Source: Armatimonadota bacterium (GTDB lineage Bacteria; Armatimonadota; UBA5829; DTJY01). Taken from it: a stretch of 64,000 bases of DNA. The notes under the pieces were generated by a model. That model was not told the origin of the DNA and did not search any database. It saw only the letters and a program-made list of their open reading frames with translations. Both the position numbers and the translations under genes were made by a program. Each line of letters opens with the position of its first letter. Position 1 is the stretch's first letter. The stretch is from the NCBI GenBank assembly GCA_029907255.1, contig JARYMF010000007.1:105541-169540 (forward strand), given 5' to 3'. Shown here one piece after another: positions 19,733 to 27,752 of this stretch.

Positions 19733-20278
19733 CTATTTCGCCTTGTCAAATTGAAATAAAGATTTCAAGCGGTAATAAACAAAATCATGAGCGACCGCAC
19801 GCATCTGCCCCCAACTTGACCACTCGGCAGGAAGATTGCGCAGCTGGTCGGCAATGGCTTTTAACTCTAGTATATCAACTTCTTTGAAATCAGTTATTTC
19901 CTCTTCTTTGCTAGTTGGTTGCGGTTTTTCAAATGTTTCAGCGCAGAGAAAGACATGGGACCTAAACTCTTGTTTGCAGTTATTGCACCGAAGCATGTAT
20001 ATTATCTCACCAATTTTTTGGATTTCGGCCGGCTGCAAACCAGTTTCCTCAGCAATTTCACGTTGGGCTGCCTCAATGGGAGATTCGTTTTTGCCTACTT
20101 TGCCGCTTGGGAGCCTATAAACATTGCTGGGATAGAAAGCCTTTGTGTGCACAAGGACTCGTCTGCCTGGGCGAAGAAGTACTAAAACTACCTCCTCAAA
20201 TGTCTCAGCATGTCTTTGCTGGAAGTCATTTAAAAACTTACAAGGTACTTCCAACACATAATATTCCTGCTGACTCAA
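19733..20278 (-). CDS. NUDIX hydrolase
   Basis: The Nudix box GKVGKNESPIEAAQREIAEETGL is present. Confidence 0.8.
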   Translation of the reverse strand: MSQQEYYVLEVPCKFLNDFQQRHAETFEEVVLVLLRPGRRVLVHTKAFYPSNVYRLPSGKVGKNESPIEAAQREIAEETGLQPAEIQKIGEIIYMLRCNNCKQEFRSHVFLCAETFEKPQPTSKEEEITDFKEVDILELKAIADQLRNLPAEWSSWGQMRAVAHDFVYYRLKSLFQFDKAK

Positions 20279-20411
20279 TAAATGCCTCCTAACCCCTTTA
20301 TTAGACTTAATTGCGACATTCAGGGGTGATTTACCTTCTTTTAATTATTGACGTTTGCATTCAGCTATGATAGATTTTAATCGTTTTCTTAGTAAATTGG
20401 GTAATAACAAC

Positions 20412-21284
20412 ATGCCGATGAGGCGGCTATTGGAAATGGTTGGAGGCGGTCAAGCGGATCTTCATGTGCATACCACAGCATCGGACGGTACTTTGACTCC
20501 CGAGCAAGTTGTCCGTGAAGCTGCGCGCATTGGCTTGGCTGCAGTTGGCATAACCGACCATGATTCAGTTGACGGTATTAAGGAAGCGGTTGGGACCGGA
20601 AAAACGGTTGGCATCAAAGTTGTGCCTGGTATTGAGATAAACACTGATGTAGGAAACGAAGAAGTCCACATTCTCGGCTACTTTATAGATGATGAATCTG
20701 TTGCTTTGCGCAGACATCTCGAAAACTTGAGGCAAGGACGCTTGGACCGCGCAAAAAAGATAGTCGAACGCCTGAATAAATTAGGCGTTAATATTAGCTT
20801 TGATGATGTACTCAAAGTTGCAGATAAGGGATCGGTAGGCAGACCTCACATTGCACGGGCAATTGTCAATGCAGGATACGCAGATTCTCCAGGCGACGCT
20901 TTTGGTAGGTATCTCGCCCGCGGCGCCCCAGCATACATTCCGCGTTATAAGGTAAGTCCGTTTGAGGCATTACATACAATCAAAGAAGCACTTGGTGTTC
21001 CTGTATTTGCCCATCCTGGGACCAGCAAACATGATGAACTGATTCCCCAGTTGGTTGAGGTTGGTTTGAAGGGTATTGAGGTCTATCATCCTGAGCATTC
21101 GCCCGCACAAACTGAGCACTACCTTCGAATTGCTGAAAAGTATAACCTCATAGCGACCGGCGGGTCGGATTCCCATGGCCCAAACATGATAAAGACAGTC
21201 CCAATTGGCTATGTTACAGTTGATGTTTCGGTTGCTTATGAGCTAGAGGAATTGGCTGGAAAACTAGCATCTTCTCGGGGCTAG
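20412..21284 (+). CDS. PHP-domain phosphoesterase (TrpH/YciV-like)
   Basis: DLHVHTTASDG, GITDHDS, AHP and GGSDSHG motifs. The start is ambiguous (20355, 20367, 20412 or 20436). Confidence 0.7.
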   Translation: MPMRRLLEMVGGGQADLHVHTTASDGTLTPEQVVREAARIGLAAVGITDHDSVDGIKEAVGTGKTVGIKVVPGIEINTDVGNEEVHILGYFIDDESVALRRHLENLRQGRLDRAKKIVERLNKLGVNISFDDVLKVADKGSVGRPHIARAIVNAGYADSPGDAFGRYLARGAPAYIPRYKVSPFEALHTIKEALGVPVFAHPGTSKHDELIPQLVEVGLKGIEVYHPEHSPAQTEHYLRIAEKYNLIATGGSDSHGPNMIKTVPIGYVTVDVSVAYELEELAGKLASSRG

Positions 21285-21445
21285 ATTTTCCCATCCAACA
21301 GGTGATATTCTAGTAAAGCTAGATTACAAGCGTTGAGTTGCTAAAGCAAAACGTTAAACTATAAATAAAGCGACTTTTGGCGTATTAGGGTATTTAGAAA
21401 ACGATTACATTGGCTGAATTTTGTTAAAAATGCCCCTGAAAACGA

Positions 21446-21475
21446 TTGACTAGCAATCCCTCATTGTGTTATAAA
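21446..21475 (+). promoter_or_regulatory. sigma70-like promoter upstream of the SIS gene
   Basis: TTGACT (21446-21451), an 18-nt spacer, then TATAAA (21470-21475). Confidence 0.35.
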
Positions 21476-21567
21476 TGTTTACGGTGCCTTTGGCGCCCGG
21501 TTAGCCTTTTTTGGTTTTGCCGGTGTAGCAAGAGTAGCCAAAAGAAAGCTGATAGGGAGAGAATGTA

Positions 21568-22335
21568 ATGGAAATGTTTGGATCTAAATGGATTGCAAAG
21601 GCTAAAGAAATTATGGATCGCATCGAGACAACCCAGTCGGAGAACATCGTGAAAGCCGCAACGGTCATGGCGGATGCCATAGAAGCCGAACGCTGGGTGC
21701 ACATGTTTGGAGCAGGTCATGCCCATATTCCTTTGGAGGAGGTTTATCCCCGAACGGGAGGCTTTGTAGGATTCCATCCGATTGGCGAAATGGCGCTCAC
21801 GTATTTTACGAATGTTGTCGGCGATTCGGGTGTTCGACAGTTTTGTTTCCTGGAGCGCGTTGAGGGCTATGGCCGAGTTATAATGCAAAATTATGACCTT
21901 GACCCTCGTGATGTTATGTGGATATTCTCCCATTCGGGAATAAACTGCGTTGTTATAGACGTGGCACTAGCGGCAAAGGAGCAGGGTGCAACTGTAGTTG
22001 CGACAACTTCGCTTGAGCACTCTAAACAAACGGAATCAAGACACTCGTCCGGAAAGAAGCTATACGAAGTGGCAGATATCGTTATTGATAGCTGTGTTCC
22101 TTTTGGCGATGCAATGATTGAAGTCCCAGGCTTGGAACAAAAAGTCGGTCCTGGCTCGACTCTGGGATTTATTACTGTAGCGAATGCCGTTGTAACGACT
22201 GTGGCAGACATTCTAACAAAGCGGGGAGTCAAGCTCTACGTAAACGCAACTTTAAACGTGAAAGGCGACCGAATCGCAGAGGACCTTGTGGAAATCGGTA
22301 CGAGAGAATACAAGCGTCGCGCAAAAGGCTTCTAA
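21568..22335 (+). CDS. SIS-domain protein (UPF0309-like sugar-phosphate isomerase/binding)
   Basis: The N-terminal helix followed by VHMFGAGHAHI...SHSGIN...VVATTS is the SIS-fold pattern. Confidence 0.7.
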   Translation: MEMFGSKWIAKAKEIMDRIETTQSENIVKAATVMADAIEAERWVHMFGAGHAHIPLEEVYPRTGGFVGFHPIGEMALTYFTNVVGDSGVRQFCFLERVEGYGRVIMQNYDLDPRDVMWIFSHSGINCVVIDVALAAKEQGATVVATTSLEHSKQTESRHSSGKKLYEVADIVIDSCVPFGDAMIEVPGLEQKVGPGSTLGFITVANAVVTTVADILTKRGVKLYVNATLNVKGDRIAEDLVEIGTREYKRRAKGF

Positions 22336-22402
22336 AGAATCAAACCCGGGGAATGTGGCATTCCCAAACTTGAATTATAAAAATATTTAAGGAGGTTTTC
22401 AG

Positions 22403-23377
22403 GTGGCAGAAATTACTTACAGGCAGTTCGACCCCGTTGCCGATCGAAAGGCAGTCATGGACCTTTGGAATCTTTGCCTGCCTGCCGATCCAATTGACGA
22501 CGCAACTTATGATGAGAAGATTACTTCAGACCCGAATCTACACCCAGATGGGTGCCCTGTCGCAGTGGCCGGCGACAAGATCGTTGGATTTGCAATCTCG
22601 CAAGTGCGTCGTACACCAAATGATGGCCGCGGTTATGAGTTGGATAGAGGCTGGATTACAGTATTCATGGTTCACCCGGACTTTCGTCGGCAGGGCATCG
22701 GCTCGGAATTGATTGACAGATGCATCAAGTTCATCAAAGGGAAAAATAGAGACAAGATTTTTGTCTGTGGGCTTACTGGTTCGTCGCCCAAGTATTTCTT
22801 CCCTGGCGTGGATGTAAAGGAATATCCAGCAGCAATTAAGCTTCTCGAAAAGTTCGGTTTTTGGACCTCCCACGTAGCCCATTACATGGAACGCTCTCTA
22901 ACGGACTGGAGTTATCCTGAGGAAGTTGCCAAGATTGAAGAAGAGCTGAGAAAAGAAAACATAACAGTACAGCCGCTTGAGAAGGGCGAGCATCTCGACC
23001 TTCTCGAATTCTTGTGGCATAATTTCCCGGGCGATTGGTACAGACATGTGGAGATTGTTATGAACCAGAGCCCAGAGAACTATGTTCGTTTCTTTACTGC
23101 AAAGTTGAACGGCAAAATCGTAGGCTATTGCCACATCGAGGAGTCGCACTTTGGCCCATTCCTTGTTCGTTTCGACCTCCGCTCAAAGAATATCGGAACA
23201 GTAATCTTCAACAAGGCTCTGCAAAAGATAAAGGACAACGGCTATGATCGCGTATGGTTCGGTTGGGCTGATGAGCCAATCCCTGCGCGCTTCTACCGCA
23301 AACAGGGTATGAAAGAAAAGCGCACCTACGCTATGATGCGCAAGGGAGGCTTGCAGGGTTGGCACGCCGACTCATAA
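22403..23377 (+). CDS. two-domain GNAT N-acetyltransferase
   Basis: FRRQGIGSELI in the N-terminal half and a second acyl-CoA-binding-like half (KNIGTVIFNKAL). AAGGAGG lies upstream of GTG 22403. Confidence 0.7.
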   Translation: MAEITYRQFDPVADRKAVMDLWNLCLPADPIDDATYDEKITSDPNLHPDGCPVAVAGDKIVGFAISQVRRTPNDGRGYELDRGWITVFMVHPDFRRQGIGSELIDRCIKFIKGKNRDKIFVCGLTGSSPKYFFPGVDVKEYPAAIKLLEKFGFWTSHVAHYMERSLTDWSYPEEVAKIEEELRKENITVQPLEKGEHLDLLEFLWHNFPGDWYRHVEIVMNQSPENYVRFFTAKLNGKIVGYCHIEESHFGPFLVRFDLRSKNIGTVIFNKALQKIKDNGYDRVWFGWADEPIPARFYRKQGMKEKRTYAMMRKGGLQGWHADS

Positions 23378-24324
23378 TTGGCATTGACCTTGGTGGGACA
23401 AAAATCTCTGGCGGGATAGGCAATCTAGAGGGTGAAATACTCCATATTGTCGAGCGCCCAACAGATACATCTAGTGCTGAAGCTGTTGTAAATCAGGTTA
23501 TCGACGTAACTCGAGAGCTCGCCGTCGCAAATCCGATTGGCGAGCTCTCGGCAATTGGTATCGGCGTTCCTGGAATTACGGTAAGCGAGACGGGACTTGT
23601 TGTGTGGGCGCCGAATCTTCCCGACTGGCGTGATATCCCTCTTGGAGAGATTCTACGCAAAGAGTTCGGTGTTCCGGTGTTGGTTGAAAATGACGTGGAC
23701 GTAGCTGTCCTTGGTGAATGGTGGAAAGGCGCAGGGCAGGGTGCGCAGAACATCTTTTTAATGGCTATAGGAACTGGAATTGGCGGCGGTATTTTAATTA
23801 ACGGTCAGCTTTACAAGGGAAGTGGCGGAGTAGCAGGAGCGGTGGGATGGTTTGTCATTGGCGAAGACCGCCTCTTCAAGGAGGAATACAAGGCCGGAGG
23901 TTCTGCAGAAATACTTGCCGCTGGTCCAGGAATTGGCCGCAGGGGCCGCGAAGCAGCCAGGTGTAAAGAGACTAAGATGACGGAGCTTGCTGGCGGCGAT
24001 ATCAAAAAAATTGACTCGCGAATTGTTTTTGAGGCGGCTCGATTAGGCGACCCGGTGGCTCAGGAAGTAGTTAACGATACTGCAAAATATCTGGGAATTG
24101 TAGCCGCAAATGTGATTAGCTTGCTCAATCCCGAAGTTTTAATTATCGGCGGTGGGGTAGCTGATGCAGGAGACATAATCCTGAAGCCAGTTGCCGAGAT
24201 TGCCAGGGAGCATGCCCAACCGTTTTCAGCTAAGCAAGTTAGAATTGAAAAAGCAATGCTTGGAAATCGTGCTGGATTGATTGGTGCACTTTGCCTTGCC
24301 GCGCGGAGTGTTAACAACTTATAA
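23359..24324 (+). CDS. ROK-family sugar kinase lacking the canonical Cys zinc motif
   Basis: IGIDLGGTKI, ENDVDVA and GTGIGGG motifs. TTG 23359 has AAGGGAGG 9 nt upstream and overlaps the GNAT stop by 19 nt. Confidence 0.75.
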   Translation: MARRLIIGIDLGGTKISGGIGNLEGEILHIVERPTDTSSAEAVVNQVIDVTRELAVANPIGELSAIGIGVPGITVSETGLVVWAPNLPDWRDIPLGEILRKEFGVPVLVENDVDVAVLGEWWKGAGQGAQNIFLMAIGTGIGGGILINGQLYKGSGGVAGAVGWFVIGEDRLFKEEYKAGGSAEILAAGPGIGRRGREAARCKETKMTELAGGDIKKIDSRIVFEAARLGDPVAQEVVNDTAKYLGIVAANVISLLNPEVLIIGGGVADAGDIILKPVAEIAREHAQPFSAKQVRIEKAMLGNRAGLIGALCLAARSVNNL

Positions 24325-24463
24325 GGGAAATGGAAAGCAAACGAACAAATTGCCTTAGGTTAAAAAATCCAGCGTCCTTTTGCCGATTGCTATGAACTTT
24401 TCGCTTATTGCTGGCTAGAAGTCTCAAAGCAATTTAGGTTCAAAATCGAAAGGAGTTTTCCAA

Positions 24464-25189
24464 ATGTCTGATAAGCTTCACATTGTATTTTTTGGCGCAC
24501 ATATTGGCGATGCGGAAATCACATGTGGTCACGTGCTTGCAAAATATGTTAAGGCAGGGCACAAAGCCACCATAGTTGCAGTAACACCCGGCGAGAAGGG
24601 CCATCCAACACTGCCTCCCGAAGAGTATGAGGTTCAAAAGCGCCAGGAAGCCGAGGCATCCGCAAAGCTTTGGGGGTGTGATCTTAGAATCATGCCATTT
24701 AAAGACGGCGAGACATATCTAAACGAAGAAAGTAAACTGATGTTCGCCGATGTGATTCGAGAGCTTAAGCCAGATATTGTCATTACTCATTGGAAAGGAA
24801 GCTTTCATAAGGACCACATAAATACACACTATAATGTAGTTGAAGGTATTTTCTACGCCGCTGTTCCTGGAATCAAGCGCGCGCTGCCTGCACATGGGAT
24901 AAAGCAGCTGTATTTTGCAGATAATTGGGAAGATGCGCTTGAGTTCGAGCCAAACGTCTATGTGGATATAACAGATGTCTATGATATCTGGAAAGAAGGC
25001 ATAGAAAAGCACGCATTGTTCCGCGGAGAAGTATCTTCATTCCGCTATAACGAATATTACTCCGGATTGGCGCAAGTTCGCGGGGCAATTGCAGGCTGTG
25101 ACAAAGCCGCAGCTTTTATGCTCCCAAGGTTCTCAACTCATCGGACCTTTGACTTTTTCCCTGTCCATGAGACCATGTTGATATACTAA
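24464..25189 (+). CDS. PIG-L/LmbE-family N-acetylglucosaminyl deacetylase
   Basis: VFFGAHIGDAEITCG...IVITHW...HKDH matches the LmbE metal-site pattern. AAAGGAG lies upstream. Confidence 0.8.
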   Translation: MSDKLHIVFFGAHIGDAEITCGHVLAKYVKAGHKATIVAVTPGEKGHPTLPPEEYEVQKRQEAEASAKLWGCDLRIMPFKDGETYLNEESKLMFADVIRELKPDIVITHWKGSFHKDHINTHYNVVEGIFYAAVPGIKRALPAHGIKQLYFADNWEDALEFEPNVYVDITDVYDIWKEGIEKHALFRGEVSSFRYNEYYSGLAQVRGAIAGCDKAAAFMLPRFSTHRTFDFFPVHETMLIY

Positions 25190-25201
25190 TCCTTCGAGAA
25201 G

Positions 25202-25242
25202 AGGAGCTCCCGATAGAATTGTAAGATGCGTCGGGAGCTCCT
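25202..25242 (+). terminator. 12-bp perfect hairpin after the deacetylase gene
   Basis: AGGAGCTCCCGA (25202-25213) pairs with TCGGGAGCTCCT (25231-25242) around a 17-nt loop. The U-tract is weak. Confidence 0.45.
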
Positions 25243-25328
25243 GTCTTTAACCAATAGGTTGACGTAGCAAGACTATCAATGTATATTTGAGTATGTGATA
25301 AACTTGGGCATTTTGGGGAGGTAACAAG

Positions 25329-25439
25329 TTGCGAATAAGGGCGAAAGAGTTAAGGAGGATTCGAAAGCGAAAGAAGGAAGCTTATAAAGCTAGAATGCGA
25401 GCGGCTCAGCAGCAGCAAACTTCGACCAAGAAGAAGTAG
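25329..25439 (+). CDS. possible 36-aa Lys/Arg-rich micro-protein
   Basis: TTG 25329 is preceded by GGGGAGG, and a TTGACG-17-TATATT promoter-like pair lies at 25259-25287. It translates to (M)RIRAKELRRIRKRKKEAYKARMRAAQQQQTSTKKK*. I recognised no homology. Confidence 0.2.
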   Translation: MRIRAKELRRIRKRKKEAYKARMRAAQQQQTSTKKK

Positions 25440-25528
25440 ATTATAGATTTTGCAGAATAGTTGAACTTTTTGTTGGGCTTGACGGTAAGATTAATTAAGA
25501 ACAAAGAGTCGTACGCGGTGCAGTGGCC

Positions 25529-25557
25529 TTTACAAAGGGATTGAGTTTTGCTATAAT
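25529..25557 (+). promoter_or_regulatory. sigma70-like promoter of the tRNA gene
   Basis: TTTACA (25529-25534), a 17-nt spacer, then TATAAT (25552-25557), about 20 nt before the tRNA 5' end. Confidence 0.5.
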
Positions 25558-25577
25558 ATTCACACCTCGAAAGTAGC

Positions 25578-25654
25578 GGCCCGTTCGTCTAGCGGTCTAG
25601 GATACGTGGTTCTCAGCCACGGGATCAGGGGTTCGAATCCCCTACGGGCTACCA
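25578..25654 (+). tRNA. tRNA-Glu (anticodon CUC), CCA encoded
   Basis: I folded the cloverleaf by hand. Acceptor stem GGCCCGT/ACGGGCT, D arm GTCT/GGAT, anticodon stem CGTGG/CCACG with loop TTCTCAG, and T arm AGGGG-TTCGAAT-CCCCT. Confidence 0.9.
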
Positions 25655-25661
25655 CATTATC

Positions 25662-25700
25662 GGCCCAAACGCATGGAAGTCGTTTGGGCCGTTTTGCTTT
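25662..25700 (+). terminator. rho-independent terminator after the tRNA
   Basis: GGCCCAAACG (25662-25671) pairs with CGTTTGGGCC (25681-25690), followed by GTTTTGCTTT. Confidence 0.7.
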
Positions 25701-25918
25701 ACTGACAATTGATGGTTTCTTCAATTTCACACCCCAGCTGAATTAGCTGTGGATGATCATTCGCAAGCTTTTTTGACCGTGTGATCATTCACCTTGTCGA
25801 AACTCAAGGCGGTCTAGTAAGTAATAGTTACACCAGGGAGTATACTCCACTTCTTTCCTCCTCGTTTCTAGTGAACGTTGTCATTGCCGATGTGCCTGCC
25901 TCTGAGCGCTCATGGGTG

Positions 25919-26104
25919 CTACTGCTGTCTGCCTTTTTGCAACTCATCCCACCACCATATTAGTATGCTATTGACCAGAAAAAGAATAGCTATGGTTTCC
26001 GAACTGTCTCTTCCTGGGACGATGTTATGATAGATAAACCAACCAAAACCCAGCGTTGAAAAGTAGAATCCAATCTTTGACTCACGTTGCCTGACCACAA
26101 ACAT
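25919..26104 (-). CDS. small two-TM membrane protein, possible orphan immunity remnant
   Basis: Two hydrophobic helices (IGFYFSTLGFGWFIY and TIAILFLVNSILIWWW). A strong RBS (AAGGAGG, 26164-26170) plus ATG 26153 lies upstream in another frame, which suggests a frameshifted longer gene. Confidence 0.3.
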   Translation of the reverse strand: MFVVRQRESKIGFYFSTLGFGWFIYHNIVPGRDSSETIAILFLVNSILIWWWDELQKGRQQ

Positions 26105-26197
26105 CCCATACTAAGAACCCCAAACCCGCAGATAACACGCTAGGTAGGTTCATCTGAATCCACCCTCCTTATGTGTTTGAGCACGCATCACCGCTGA

Positions 26198-26551
26198 CTA
26201 TGGCTGAGCCCATGCCGGGAAGTGGGAATTCCGTCCTCCTCTATATCCGATTGGGACATGAGAGATGAAGTGCCAATACCTGGCTCATAGTACCTTATTT
26301 TTGTGAAATCAAGCAAGAAATCCGTTGCTTGCCATCCCTGTTAGCTTTCCTTACGCTTATCCCATCTGCGTTAAACATATAGGTTGTAGTGACGCCAACG
26401 TTTGTCTCAGTGAGCATGTTGTTCTTTTAGTCTTAGGTAAACGATAAGTTCCGGCGCTGAGCATCTTTATTGCGGCGTCGTGGGTGTAAATCGTCGTTCC
26501 TACGCCTACTTTGGCTGCCAAGTGCGAATCGCTATAGTCATAATCAGCCAT
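26198..26551 (-). pseudogene. orphan Rhs/YD-repeat core C-terminal fragment B, frameshifted
   Basis: The minus strand reads DYDYSDSHLAAKVGVGTTIYTHD, then TETNVGVTTTYMFNADGISVRKANRDGKQ, then RYYEPGIG, then HFISHVPIGYRGGRN. These are spread over three frames with stops. Confidence 0.7.
26312..26420. repeat. copy 1 of a roughly 110-nt imperfect direct repeat (Rhs core DNA)
   Basis: agcaagaaatccgttgcttgccatccctgttagctttccttacgcttatcccatc... is about 80-85 percent identical by eye to 28503-28610. Confidence 0.8.
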
Positions 26552-26928
26552 GTCAACCAGACAAAAGGAGCTGCCGAGATGATAAACCGAACAGCAAGAG
26601 ACCAGGACTCTCGCCCCCAAATCGCAGTGTGCTCTTTTGGAATAGGACGCTCACCAAAGCATGCTGGCCATTTTCTTATCAGCATCCCGAATGGTACGTA
26701 TAAAAAACGGAACCCGCCAGGCGAGACAACCCATCCAGCCAATGCTCCGGTGCCGAGCAACAATAGCACTGCACCAGCGATAAACTGTGGATAAACATCC
26801 GAGATCTGCGCCGGCGGCTGGATACGCAACGGCAAGCACAGCATGTGAACGCCGACAACAGCCATGAAATAGAATGCAAGCCCAAAAAGGGCCTGGCCTT
26901 TAAGCGCCCCAAATTCGGCTTTCTTCAA
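26506..26928 (-). CDS. four-TM membrane protein of unknown function (candidate immunity-type gene)
   Basis: 140-aa ORF with a TTG start and four hydrophobic segments. Its 3' end overlaps the start of Rhs fragment B. Confidence 0.35.
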   Translation of the reverse strand: MKKAEFGALKGQALFGLAFYFMAVVGVHMLCLPLRIQPPAQISDVYPQFIAGAVLLLLGTGALAGWVVSPGGFRFLYVPFGMLIRKWPACFGERPIPKEHTAIWGRESWSLAVRFIISAAPFVWLTWLIMTIAIRTWQPK

Positions 26929-27099
26929 CCTGACGAATAGTTCGGCGAGAACAAGCCAACCGGAAACAATAATTTCAGCAAACTATTATAAACATCCATT
27001 AAATCAAACCTCCCATCAGTAGCCCCGACTTTGCGTACAGCATTCGTGCACCTCGCAGCAGGGGCTTTCCAAATTTTTGTATATGTCCGAACATGCCAT

Positions 27100-27240
27100 C
27101 TACTCCATTGCCCACCTATCTGCATTCCTACCCAAGCAGACTGCCAAGCAAAGGAGATATCCTAGCACACCGCCAATCACGGCTAAGCCATAAGCAACAA
27201 AACACCACACGATACCTAGGCTGTTACAGCTACCGACCAT
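27100..27240 (-). CDS. possible 46-aa single/double-TM peptide
   Basis: ATG 27240 lies 7 nt after the TGA of the upstream ORF. It translates to MVGSCNSLGIVWCFVAYGLAVIGGVLGYLLCLAVCLGRNADRWAME*. Confidence 0.2.
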   Translation of the reverse strand: MVGSCNSLGIVWCFVAYGLAVIGGVLGYLLCLAVCLGRNADRWAME

Positions 27241-27247
27241 CTCAGTA

Positions 27248-27752
27248 TCACTTACGATTTGGTTTGTCAACCTTGCCTATATAATAGCCTGCAACGTCAG
27301 GGGCTAACAAGAAAACCCATAAGGGCATCCATCCAAGTTCCCACAGGTGAAAGCCGTAAAGTAAAAATTCGAGAACTAAGCGAATCGGCACAACACCTAT
27401 CATGAGTGCATAGCTCCACTTCTCTCGACATATCAAGATATAAAAACAACATGCTCACGCCATAAAAGGTAACTAACCCAAACCACCAACCGTAACCAAA
27501 AATGGCCGCAGTCGTGCATAGAAGCAGAACAATTAAGGCGGAAGATGCAGCCATACGGCGTATAGAGCGCTCTGTCACACCAGAACCGCCAATCCGCATG
27601 CCCATGAATTTGGGGTACAACCGGCCTGCAGAGGTGTTCCGTATGACTTGCCTGCCAACGAATAGCCAGTCTAAAAGAATTACTAAACCACATATCCCCG
27701 AAAGAATCGCTGTTATAATTATGCTATCTGTTACTGACATAAGAAATCCCAT
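27248..27752 (-). pseudogene. multi-pass membrane protein apparently split by a frameshift near 27430
   Basis: ORF 27297-27752 is hydrophobic until ...MLFLYLDMSRE. Hydrophobic coding then continues in ORF 27248-27436 (KWSYALMIGVVPIRLVLEFLLYGFHLWELGWMPLWVFLLAP). The start overlaps the end of Rhs fragment A by 29 nt. Confidence 0.35.

Noticed and set aside
21469-21933. 154-aa minus-strand ORF across the SIS gene start and its promoter
   Set aside because: It overlaps the SIS gene and the predicted promoter. Its composition is atypical and it has no RBS.
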